A DNA stretch of 24,331 bases, taken from IMG/VR virus record IMGVR_UViG_3300022932_000024, positions 1-24,331 of that record, one strand, 5' to 3'. Positions 9,157 through 17,318 of this stretch are shown in pieces. Source of the DNA: a virus. Its lineage: Duplodnaviria; Caudoviricetes. Each line of letters opens with the position of its first letter. The first letter of the stretch is position 1. The position numbers and the translations under genes are program-made. The notes under the pieces are model-generated. The model was not told the origin of the DNA. It searched no databases and saw nothing but the letters and a program-made list of their open reading frames with translations.

Positions 9157-10959
9157 TTATCTTAGTATCTCTTGATTCTCGGAAGCGCGACGTCCAGCTG
9201 CAAACGAGACGCCATTCCAGGACCACCAGGTGGCAGTCCCCGAGTATGTGGCAATCCAACCCATACCATCTCCACCATTTGTATTACTGGACAATGGCGT
9301 TTGGGTGGTATTTATATCCATTCTACCAGTTGCTCCGGTAGCAACAATCAAAGATATTGCTCTTTGTCTTGTTCTCCATCTTCGCGGAAGAAAGGACATC
9401 AGTACACCGGTCGTTCCATTTCCCCATAGACCTTTTAAAAAGACAAGACCGTCTGGGGTTCTAAGCATACCGGGAACGGTCCATGCTGTATTTGGAGCAT
9501 CGTAAGCTGTCCAACTTGAAAGCCCTGCTGGAGCTAACCAACCAGTGGTATTTGGACCAGGGACAGGGACGTCTTTAAGATTACTTAAAGAAATTCTGTA
9601 GTTGGCACCAACAGCAACACCGTAATTTAGAATTTTACCAAATCCACCGGCGCCTGCAGCATTTGAAATTCGGCAATACATATATACATTAAGACACCAA
9701 AGAGGAAAGTGTCTACCAGCAAGAGCCCCCGGATAATATGCACTCATATCGGCCATAGTGCCAGCAGCGACAACAGCTGGAGTTGTAATTAATCCTTCAA
9801 AAAGAATAACTCCATCTAAGTCTATAGTATATCCAATTCGACTGACACGAGTTGGTGAACACCCTGGAAGTTGATTGCTAACTGTGTTTGCTGTTGTTGC
9901 AGGTCCGGCAGTCCACACACTATGTCCAGCGACCAAAGAAATTGGAACAAAAGTGCCATATCCAGCCGCTCTAAAAACAACATTATATAGAGAGAAATAT
10001 GATGTAGCACCCGCACCAACTATTGGTCCCATACGAACTGTACCATCGTCAGCACAAACATAAATTGTTTGATTACCGCCAGCATTAGCACAAGTAAATA
10101 CTTGATCATACGCTGGACGCATAGCAATAGGTAGTGTGCAAATTATTTGACCATTAACGAAAGAAGTTGCCGTTAAAAGACCTTCAAGAGATACAATTCC
10201 CGTAGATGACATGGTACATAGAACATAACCGTTACCCATTATAGTATTAAAACCAGTAAGTGTTTGTTGTTCTGAGTATTCTTGTGCTGGGTCTTGTAGA
10301 AGATGAGACGCATAAGTACCTATTGTGCCGGCAGGAATTGGCGCTGCCCACACCGGTAGCCAAGACAATTTTGTAGAAATATCTCGACCTGAGATATAGT
10401 AGGTACTTCCTACTCGAGTAACAAGAACCGAATCACCAGCACGGATATCCATGTCTTGAGCATCTGAAGTAAAATGCACGTTTGTTAGAATTGTGCCATC
10501 TGTTAATGTAACTGTTGGTAGGCCAAAGAACCATGCCGAAGATACAACACCTTTAAAAGATACACCGGTTGTCGGAGAGATAGCCTTATTATTTAAAACA
10601 TCATCTAGAACTTTTGGAGTAACAGCTCTAGAAATATCTGTTCCGGCAATACCCTCAACAGAGGTTGCTAACTCTATCAAACCTCTACGAGATTCTGTAG
10701 AAGTCAGTGCAGCAAGACCAGAAGGCGTTACAACTCGAACATCATCGGTTCCTGCAATAGTTTCTATTGAAGTGGCTAACTCAACCAAACCTGAAACATC
10801 AGTAGTCGCTGCAATGGGATATACTTTACCGGCGTCGTATGTACTGCCATCGTGACGTGTGAGAATAAGGTTTCCATCAACATCAACAGTACCAGATGTA
10901 ATGGTTCCTGCTTCAATAGCAAGCATTCGGTCTTTGGTAAATACTTGAACTGTTCCCAC
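9157..10959 (-). CDS. Tail fibre / receptor-binding protein, 600 aa
   Basis: GTG start with AAGGAG RBS; two copies of the GL.ELAT..E..AGTD..R.VTP..L fibre repeat; three C-terminal G.V.(L/F).GL modules. Confidence 0.8.
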   Translation of the reverse strand: MGTVQVFTKDRMLAIEAGTITSGTVDVDGNLILTRHDGSTYDAGKVYPIAATTDVSGLVELATSIETIAGTDDVRVVTPSGLAALTSTESRRGLIELATSVEGIAGTDISRAVTPKVLDDVLNNKAISPTTGVSFKGVVSSAWFFGLPTVTLTDGTILTNVHFTSDAQDMDIRAGDSVLVTRVGSTYYISGRDISTKLSWLPVWAAPIPAGTIGTYASHLLQDPAQEYSEQQTLTGFNTIMGNGYVLCTMSSTGIVSLEGLLTATSFVNGQIICTLPIAMRPAYDQVFTCANAGGNQTIYVCADDGTVRMGPIVGAGATSYFSLYNVVFRAAGYGTFVPISLVAGHSVWTAGPATTANTVSNQLPGCSPTRVSRIGYTIDLDGVILFEGLITTPAVVAAGTMADMSAYYPGALAGRHFPLWCLNVYMYCRISNAAGAGGFGKILNYGVAVGANYRISLSNLKDVPVPGPNTTGWLAPAGLSSWTAYDAPNTAWTVPGMLRTPDGLVFLKGLWGNGTTGVLMSFLPRRWRTRQRAISLIVATGATGRMDINTTQTPLSSNTNGGDGMGWIATYSGTATWWSWNGVSFAAGRRASENQEILR

Positions 10960-10971
10960 ATCGTCTCCTTT

Positions 10972-11751
10972 CTAAAGAGAACTTAACTGGTATGTATCAT
11001 CGCCAAGAAATATAACAGTTTCATAAGTTAATTCAACGGTATCTTCGTTAATCATATGTACGGCATATTCAGGACCAGCTATAGTTGCAGTACCGTCTCC
11101 ATTATCAGTTACTCTAAATATAGCATTAGCTTCAAAGAATTCTAAGATCTCTTTGATCGTAGGCATACTTGGGTTTAAAAGAGCCGTTCCATATAAATGA
11201 TCTTCAAGCCATTTTATAGTTGCTGGATATGCTTTTGTAGTATCAATTATAAAATGAGATGTAGCACGAGCATCCGGTATAACAACAGGAGTAGTAGATA
11301 TAGACCAGCTAAATAAATTAGGATCTATTACTCCACTATTAGAAACATTAGATCGCTCTGTTGGAGTAGCTAAAGCGTTATAAACAAGATGTATTAAATA
11401 TCCCTTGTTTTCATTTATCTCATCCGCAAGTTTTGTTCTATAAGAAAAATTGAATTTCTTACGTCGTTGGTTTGAAAAACCATATTCATTATATCCATCA
11501 TACTCTTCGAATTCATCAGGAAAAGTAAATGCACTAAGTATAGCAGCAAAATCACCTATACCAAGTTCAGTAGAATACCGGTTTCCATCAACAAATATGA
11601 TTTTTCCTGTTGATGTATCGCTTTCTAATTCGCTGACAGAAATCAACCCATTCCAAGGCACACCGGGGCCGATCGTAGGGTAAAAAACGCCATGATCGAC
11701 CCCTATTTCATAACGACGAGATTCAAATGTATCCCACTCTAATCTAGTCAT
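10972..11751 (-). CDS. Major tail (tube) protein paralog 3, 259 aa
   Basis: N-terminus MTRLEW...YEIGVDHGVFY...VPWNGL...AFTFPDEFE...FSYRT...IHLVY aligns by eye with 13574..14452. Confidence 0.85.
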   Translation of the reverse strand: MTRLEWDTFESRRYEIGVDHGVFYPTIGPGVPWNGLISVSELESDTSTGKIIFVDGNRYSTELGIGDFAAILSAFTFPDEFEEYDGYNEYGFSNQRRKKFNFSYRTKLADEINENKGYLIHLVYNALATPTERSNVSNSGVIDPNLFSWSISTTPVVIPDARATSHFIIDTTKAYPATIKWLEDHLYGTALLNPSMPTIKEILEFFEANAIFRVTDNGDGTATIAGPEYAVHMINEDTVELTYETVIFLGDDTYQLSSL

Positions 11752-11768
11752 ATGAAACTTCCTTTATA

Positions 11769-12962
11769 TTAATTCCATGTTTTAAGCAGTGAACGAGAAA
11801 AATCTACAAAACTTTCCCAGCTATAATTATTACCATCTACACTGGGGAAACTACCATCAAAATATGTTCCTAATATTGCTGATTTTTCTAATAATCCATT
11901 ACTAAATATAACAACGCTATTAGCAGAAGACGGCGATTTAACAACAACATTAAGTTTAGCCCTATTTGTTAAAGCTGGAAAACTTCCACTAGTAATAGTC
12001 AGAAGTTTTTTTTGTCCAGGCGCAATGACAATAGTAGGTCCATAATAAATTTCGGGACTTCCCAAAGATTTAGAAGCAACTATAGATAAACATAATGTAA
12101 TTTCATTTGAAGAAAATGGTACTTCAACTTCCATGGACGCTGACCAAATATCATTTGGTACCGTTACATGATTATCCATATCAAATAATATTATATCATT
12201 TGTATTTTTAGCGTCAATCAGTGTTAAAGTACCACTTGATAATCCTCCAGATGGCGATACCCATCCTGGACCAATTCCAAAACGAGGATTTCTTACTTCA
12301 TTTATACGTTGATAACCTTCAGGTCCAAGACTGCTAAATAATGTTAATAATTCAGTTACTAACGGCATTCTAGGCTCAGACAAAGATGTTCCGTAAAGAA
12401 TATCCTCTATATATTTAAGTAGTCCCTTTGGTGTGGTTCTAGAATCAATAACAAGATGTGCTGTTGGTCTAATACCCGACATTACAGGAGGAGTAGTGGT
12501 AATTGACCAACTCAAAGAAATAGGGTCTGTAGAACCGCCAAGACTCGTGCGATCACGACTTGACGGTCCTGCTAGAGCTCCATATACTAAATGAATTTTA
12601 TAGCCTAGGTCTAAGCCTGAAATATCATTTCCGACTTTAGTACGGTAGCTAAGACTAAATGGTTTACGAGGTTGCTGAGTTGCTGTTAACCCAGCGTATA
12701 AAGTTTTAGCGCCATCGCATACACCAAATTCAGCCGGAGCTGAGAACGCTTCAATAGTCGCTTCAAACTCTTCTGTTTCAGAGATGTTCAGGTACTTTAT
12801 ACCGTCAAGATAAAAAGGTTTTGGTCCGCCACCTTGAGATGACTCTTGGATTGACTTAAGACCATTCCATGCCACGCCTAAGCCATTTACATATAGGACA
12901 CCACGATCAACGCCCGATTCAAAATATCGCTCACCAATTTTACCCCATAATAATTTAGTCAT
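11769..12962 (-). CDS. Major tail (tube) protein paralog 2 with C-terminal extra domain, 397 aa
   Basis: MTKLLW..IGERYFESGVDRGVLY...WNGL...IKYLN...EEF.ATIEAF...LSYRT...KIHLVYGALA.PS aligns with the major tail protein; about 180 aa beta-rich C-terminal extension. Confidence 0.85.
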   Translation of the reverse strand: MTKLLWGKIGERYFESGVDRGVLYVNGLGVAWNGLKSIQESSQGGGPKPFYLDGIKYLNISETEEFEATIEAFSAPAEFGVCDGAKTLYAGLTATQQPRKPFSLSYRTKVGNDISGLDLGYKIHLVYGALAGPSSRDRTSLGGSTDPISLSWSITTTPPVMSGIRPTAHLVIDSRTTPKGLLKYIEDILYGTSLSEPRMPLVTELLTLFSSLGPEGYQRINEVRNPRFGIGPGWVSPSGGLSSGTLTLIDAKNTNDIILFDMDNHVTVPNDIWSASMEVEVPFSSNEITLCLSIVASKSLGSPEIYYGPTIVIAPGQKKLLTITSGSFPALTNRAKLNVVVKSPSSANSVVIFSNGLLEKSAILGTYFDGSFPSVDGNNYSWESFVDFSRSLLKTWN

Positions 12963-12973
12963 GACACCTCCTT

Positions 12974-13540
12974 TTATCCTCTAGTGCCCATTTGCGCTTT
13001 ACGCTGTTGGTTCATCATTCTACGGCTGTTTATAGACTCACGACGACCCACCTTTTTAGGAGGAGCATTCTTGAGGTTTATTACTTTAATTAGTGCTAAA
13101 AGTTTGTTTAAATGCCAAGTTTCACATTCAAAAGGAATTGTTAGAGCAACCATCCAGTGATATATTATCTCGGATGTTACAAATTCCCCAGTGTTTCTAG
13201 GCTTGCTAGCTGGATCTTCATTGAAGGTGGTAGCCGTCATTTTACGATCAATGTATTCGCTTATAGCTTTGTAATTTTCAGGCGTTAAAATTGTGAAAAC
13301 TTCTTCAGGAGTCTCATCAGATAAATCCATACATTTTATGTAAAGAATTGTATCTTCTTCTGTCTTTTCTTCTCTACCAAGAAAAGGACGTGTAGTGATT
13401 GACTCCCATTTTGATAGGGAGACCAGAGAATGCTCAAGTTTTAATACTGCGCCGGCAATAGCAGGACTTTCTTCGAATTGCTCGGTTCCTTCGTTCCATA
13501 ATGAAACTCCAGGTTTATCTGGAACAGTAAGCTTAAGCAT
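12974..13540 (-). CDS. Probable tail assembly chaperone, 188 aa
   Basis: Directly after the major tail gene, AAGGAG RBS; LEHSLVSLSKWES, TSEIIY.WM...IPFEC..WHLN motifs and basic C-terminus. Confidence 0.7.
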   Translation of the reverse strand: MLKLTVPDKPGVSLWNEGTEQFEESPAIAGAVLKLEHSLVSLSKWESITTRPFLGREEKTEEDTILYIKCMDLSDETPEEVFTILTPENYKAISEYIDRKMTATTFNEDPASKPRNTGEFVTSEIIYHWMVALTIPFECETWHLNKLLALIKVINLKNAPPKKVGRRESINSRRMMNQQRKAQMGTRG

Positions 13541-13573
13541 TCCCTGATCTCCTTTCTCAAATCTAAATCACAC

Positions 13574-14452
13574 TTAGAAAGTGTAACCCCAGTCAGTATC
13601 AACATCATCGGGGAACGAGTAGCCGTTAGCCGGGAAGGCAGTGACAAGCTCATTCTTAGTGATGGTGACTGCACCAGTCTTGGTAACACCATTAATCTTG
13701 TAGATGACACCCGGAACAGTCGGGATCGTGATGACCTTAGTGGTACTATTGTACGTCGGAGCAACCGGAGTAGCTTCAACAATAGCGCCATTAAACAGAG
13801 CAAAGACCTCCGCAGGAAGCGGAAGACGAGGCTCTGCCCCAATGGTACCATACAGGATGTCCATAAGAGCATTCAGTGCGGCAGCGTCAACACGCTTCGA
13901 GTTGATGGTAAGCGTGGCAGAAGGCTTGTACTGCGTTCCATCAATCTCACCAACTTCAACAGCAGTCGTGGTGAATTCCCAAGAAAGCGCGAGCGCCTCA
14001 GGAGAATCATTTACCGTTGCACGAGCCTTCTCGGAGGGTGCAGCAAGTGCTCCCCAGACAAGGTGAATCTTAAATCCGTAGTCGGTACCATCGATATCAT
14101 TACCGATGAGAGTGCGGTACGAAAGACCGAACGTCTTGCGGCTCTGCTGTCCAATGGACACGCCTGCGACGGGGGAAGCTGTACCATCGCACTGCTCGAA
14201 CTCGTCAGGATATGTGAATGCCTCAATGGTGCCACCGAACTCTTCAGCAGCAACAAGGTTGAGGTACTTAATGTTATCCGCGTACTGCGGAGTAGCTTCG
14301 GCGCCAGAGGGAGACTCGGTTACAGTCGTAAGACCGTTCCAAGGCACACCACCAACGTAGTTACCACCCGCATCTGGGATGTAGAGAACACCGTGGTCGA
14401 CACCGGTTTCGTAGAACCGCTCACCTACCGCGTCCCATTTCAAACGAGCCAT
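13574..14452 (-). CDS. Major tail (tube) protein with C-terminal Ig-like domain, 292 aa
   Basis: AAGGAG RBS; phi13-like tube motifs WNGLT.VTESPSGAEA...YADNIKY; follows tail terminator; GC-rich codon usage like the capsid gene, consistent with high expression. Confidence 0.92.
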   Translation of the reverse strand: MARLKWDAVGERFYETGVDHGVLYIPDAGGNYVGGVPWNGLTTVTESPSGAEATPQYADNIKYLNLVAAEEFGGTIEAFTYPDEFEQCDGTASPVAGVSIGQQSRKTFGLSYRTLIGNDIDGTDYGFKIHLVWGALAAPSEKARATVNDSPEALALSWEFTTTAVEVGEIDGTQYKPSATLTINSKRVDAAALNALMDILYGTIGAEPRLPLPAEVFALFNGAIVEATPVAPTYNSTTKVITIPTVPGVIYKINGVTKTGAVTITKNELVTAFPANGYSFPDDVDTDWGYTF

Positions 14453-14464
14453 TATACTCCCTTT

Positions 14465-14794
14465 CTAGAAGTAAACGTTAAAAACGTCATGATTGAGTTG
14501 CCCTGAGATGAAAAACCGGTTATGGGTAGACATAGGCAAGGCTGCTACTTTATCTGGAATATCGGAATCGACATCCTCAGTGATAACAGTAACTGTGTAG
14601 CGTTTAGTATTGGCAAAGGGCAAGTTGTCGGCGAACTGACTTCTAGAAGTTTCTCGCTCATAGACAATTGCAGGATAGACCATGCTGAGATTATTAGGTG
14701 GCTGAAAATAAACTTTTCCAGTCATAGTCTCAGTTTCAGGATCTGTAATAAGAGTTCTTAAAATTGCATCCAGGTCAAGCCGGGAACGGGCCAC
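14465..14794 (-). CDS. Tail terminator / head-tail joining protein, about 109 aa
   Basis: VYFQPP....M.YPAIVY motif; position just before the tube gene; start placed at GTG 14794 after AGGTGG (ORF track start 14806). Confidence 0.75.
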   Translation of the reverse strand: MARSRLDLDAILRTLITDPETETMTGKVYFQPPNNLSMVYPAIVYERETSRSQFADNLPFANTKRYTVTVITEDVDSDIPDKVAALPMSTHNRFFISGQLNHDVFNVYF

Positions 14795-15107
14795 GATACA
14801 CACCACCTAGCCTTACTTCAAGGCGAACGCCTACTGGTTTAACGTTAGACGCAATCCAGTAGGCGCCCTGGTACTTGACATATCTCATAGCAAAGTAGTG
14901 TTCCCCAGCATATGCATCACGCACAATACTAATGGTTACATCTAGGCTAAGGTCTTGATTGACCTTTTCACCTTCTCTTAAGCTCCTAGCTGGAGTAGGA
15001 AGGACGTCACCGGAAGCGGGATGCTCCACGATGACGTCCTTCCATACACTAGGCGCTGTTTCTACGTGGTCTTCGGCATAGCCGATAACGTCATGAAACT
15101 TTGCCAT
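14775..15107 (-). CDS. Head closure (head-to-tail stopper) protein, 110 aa
   Basis: Size and position after capsid; ISIV.D.YA..H...MRYV...G..W.......RL...LGGVY pattern of stopper proteins. Confidence 0.75.
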   Translation of the reverse strand: MAKFHDVIGYAEDHVETAPSVWKDVIVEHPASGDVLPTPARSLREGEKVNQDLSLDVTISIVRDAYAGEHYFAMRYVKYQGAYWIASNVKPVGVRLEVRLGGVYRGPFPA

Positions 15108-15113
15108 TTTGAT

Positions 15114-15131
15114 TAATCTAGGAGTAGATTA
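15114..15131. repeat. Perfect 7-bp inverted repeat TAATCTA-N4-TAGATTA overlapping the capsid stop codon
   Basis: Read directly: taatcta ggag tagatta at 15114..15131. AT-rich stem with no U-tract, so not called a terminator. Confidence 0.5.
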
Positions 15132-17243
15132 GTAAGAGATGTCGAAGACGCGCTCCGCGGTGTGCGGGAACGAGTAGTTGGTCGCCGGACGAGCCTCGAC
15201 CTGAGTGTCCTCGGTGATCACGACAGTCGCCGCAGCAGCCTTGTCGACTCCGTTGATGGAGTAGATAACACCAGTGGTTGACGGGATCGTGATGGTGTGA
15301 GTACCACCGTTGTAGTTCGGCTGAGCCGGGGTAACAACAGTGCCCGGGTTGCGCTTGATGACAAGAGCAGACTTCGGCTTGGTCAGCGCACCAGAGATGC
15401 GAGTCTCAAGCAGGTACTTCATCTGGTTGAAGTCGATGTCGAAGTCGTCGAAGAAGTTGATCTCTCCGCCGCGGTCTGCACCAACGGTGTAGTCAGCAAG
15501 GTTGACGATAACACCAACGAGCTCAGGAGCATCCTCCATGACCTCAACCGGAACGATGTCCTTGACACCAAGTGCCGCAGCAAGCTGCTGGCGAGTGTCG
15601 TAGAAACGACGGTTCAGGGTGTCCTTATCAAGCAGCAGATCCGAGAGAACGCGCTGCGTGGTGTAGAACGTCGGGTTACCCGAGCCCTTGTAGTCAGCGA
15701 GAGCACGCGTGATCGCCTCATTGGTCTGAAGCGCAGTCGCGCTAGCACCAAGGGTAACCACGTGCGAGTACATCTCGTCGTCCCACGCGATCGGACGAAT
15801 GTGGTCCTCGTCGATCTTGTCCTCGTCATCAGCATCGCGGCCGTCACCGATAAGGATCGCGCGAGCGATTTCCTCATCGAGCATAACGCGCATCTCAGCC
15901 TTGATCCATGCAACAACATCAATGTCGACAATGTCGATGATGTCATCCCGGTCCAGCTTCTGCTTCTTGTAGATGGTCTTCGGACCGGTCACGCGCTTCA
16001 GGAGCTTGATAACCTCGTCCTTCTTGCGGGTAGCCTTCACGTAACCCTTGGCGCGTGCCTCGTCTGCAGTAAGGTCTGCAGCAAGCGACTTAATGCGCGA
16101 GAACGGCGAGTGACGGGTGGAGCTAAGAACATCAGCAACCCACTCGGTACGACGGCTGATAAGCGAGATGCCGTTCTGGTCCAGACGGGCGTCCGGAAAC
16201 AGGAACTCAATGTCGTCAATACCATAGTCGCCATCGGCGTGCTGAAGATCCTCAGGAAGGATCTCATCGGCGTGAGCAAGGAACGTGTCCTTGAACGAAC
16301 GCTTTCCCTGGTATGCTTCCTGAACAAGCTCCTGAACCTGGCCGTGCGAGAGTTTCGTACGGTTCTGAGTGGTGCCGCCGTTAGCGGACTGCGTCTCGAA
16401 GACGTTTCGTGCCATTTCGAATCCTTCCTGGTGTGCGATAGTTAGATCTTCTGGGCTAATCCCAGAGTGCTCAACAGAGCCGTCGTTGCTCTCAAGAGCC
16501 TCGCCAACCATGTAGTGTAATACGTCTTTCTGCTCTTTGGACATACTCTCGTAGACGTCTTTGACAGTCATGTCGCCATCGGCGTGCTCGAGGTCCTCTT
16601 CCTGCTGGTTCCCCACGATGTCTCCCTCATTGTTTGTGCCATCGTTTTCCGTGGCGTCAGATTTGTTTTCGACTTCAACGTCATCGACGTTGTCCCCATC
16701 GTTGTCCTCAGAATCTGATTCAGAGTCTTCCGTATCGGTGTCCTCGTCGTCTTCATCAGGAACTTCGTCATCTTCATCATCACTATCGGAGTGAGATATA
16801 AACAGTCCAGTATAGATTTCTGCCTCAAAAGAGGACTCATCTCCATGTGCTAGACTGTCATTGACAACATCAATGAATGCTTCAGGATTAGCGCCTGCGA
16901 GTACAAGGCTAACTTCCTTAATGTTTCCATGAACGACGTCTCTACCCTTTTGGGTAAGCTGTCGTGCGAATATAGAAAGCTGGTTAACATCTCCATGCAT
17001 AACGAGCTTTTTGGCTGAATTACCGGCTGGGGTGTCATTGAAAAATGCCTGGGTGTAAACACCCTCTGGCTTATTCTTAAGAATTGCATAACCCAGAACA
17101 TTTTCTGGACTGTTATGCTGGTGCTGCCAAACAAGAGGAACTTTGGTTCCATCCTGGTGAGCAAACGCGTTTTGCTTGATGGTACGACCGTCAGAGCAAA
17201 GCAGGTCATTCTTACTGGCCCAACCACTGAAGTCAGGTTTCAT
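15129..17243 (-). CDS. Fused prohead protease - scaffold - major capsid protein, 704 aa
   Basis: aa 1-130 HK97-type protease motifs (PLVWQH, LSIFA, EVSLVLAGANP.A); aa 130-340 very acidic linker/scaffold; remainder HK97-fold capsid-like (EEIARAILIGDGR, NLADYTVG.D.GG, DFDIDFNQ.KYL.ETR.SGAL) plus C-terminal Ig-like domain; no internal stop. Confidence 0.93.
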   Translation of the reverse strand: MKPDFSGWASKNDLLCSDGRTIKQNAFAHQDGTKVPLVWQHQHNSPENVLGYAILKNKPEGVYTQAFFNDTPAGNSAKKLVMHGDVNQLSIFARQLTQKGRDVVHGNIKEVSLVLAGANPEAFIDVVNDSLAHGDESSFEAEIYTGLFISHSDSDDEDDEVPDEDDEDTDTEDSESDSEDNDGDNVDDVEVENKSDATENDGTNNEGDIVGNQQEEDLEHADGDMTVKDVYESMSKEQKDVLHYMVGEALESNDGSVEHSGISPEDLTIAHQEGFEMARNVFETQSANGGTTQNRTKLSHGQVQELVQEAYQGKRSFKDTFLAHADEILPEDLQHADGDYGIDDIEFLFPDARLDQNGISLISRRTEWVADVLSSTRHSPFSRIKSLAADLTADEARAKGYVKATRKKDEVIKLLKRVTGPKTIYKKQKLDRDDIIDIVDIDVVAWIKAEMRVMLDEEIARAILIGDGRDADDEDKIDEDHIRPIAWDDEMYSHVVTLGASATALQTNEAITRALADYKGSGNPTFYTTQRVLSDLLLDKDTLNRRFYDTRQQLAAALGVKDIVPVEVMEDAPELVGVIVNLADYTVGADRGGEINFFDDFDIDFNQMKYLLETRISGALTKPKSALVIKRNPGTVVTPAQPNYNGGTHTITIPSTTGVIYSINGVDKAAAATVVITEDTQVEARPATNYSFPHTAERVFDISY
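16413..16429 (-). promoter_or_regulatory. Candidate internal RBS and ATG (Met277) for a capsid-only product
   Basis: AGGAAGGA-ttcgaa-ATG GCA CGA in frame with the polyprotein at 16415. Confidence 0.5.
16614..16628 (-). promoter_or_regulatory. Candidate internal RBS and GTG (Val210) for a scaffold-capsid product
   Basis: GAGGGAG-acatc-GTG in frame with the polyprotein at 16616. Confidence 0.35.
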
Positions 17244-17318
17244 TAATATACCTTTTCTTCCTGGTTAATAGTTATTTGATATAGTCGTAAATCCGACTTT
17301 TATGTACTCATGGGCTAC

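Noticed and set aside
13425-13445. LEH tripeptide in the tail chaperone (LKLEHSL)
   Set aside because: No acidic leader or GMKWG motif and the protein is not expected inside the prohead; likely coincidental.
12974-13540. Programmed frameshift in the tail assembly chaperone
   Set aside because: No overlapping downstream ORF to shift into; the next gene is a tube paralog with its own AGGAGG RBS.
13441-13872. 143-aa alternative-frame ORF spanning the tube gene end and chaperone start (possible frameshift extension)
   Set aside because: Leu/Arg/Ser-rich off-frame composition and no convincing slippery site identified.
15297-16445. 382-aa plus-strand ORF
   Set aside because: Antisense shadow of the GC-rich capsid gene; no RBS or recognisable motifs.
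17283-17298. Short hairpin AGTCG-N6-CGACT between portal and capsid genes
   Set aside because: Only a 5-bp stem and no U-tract on the coding strand; too weak to call a terminator.
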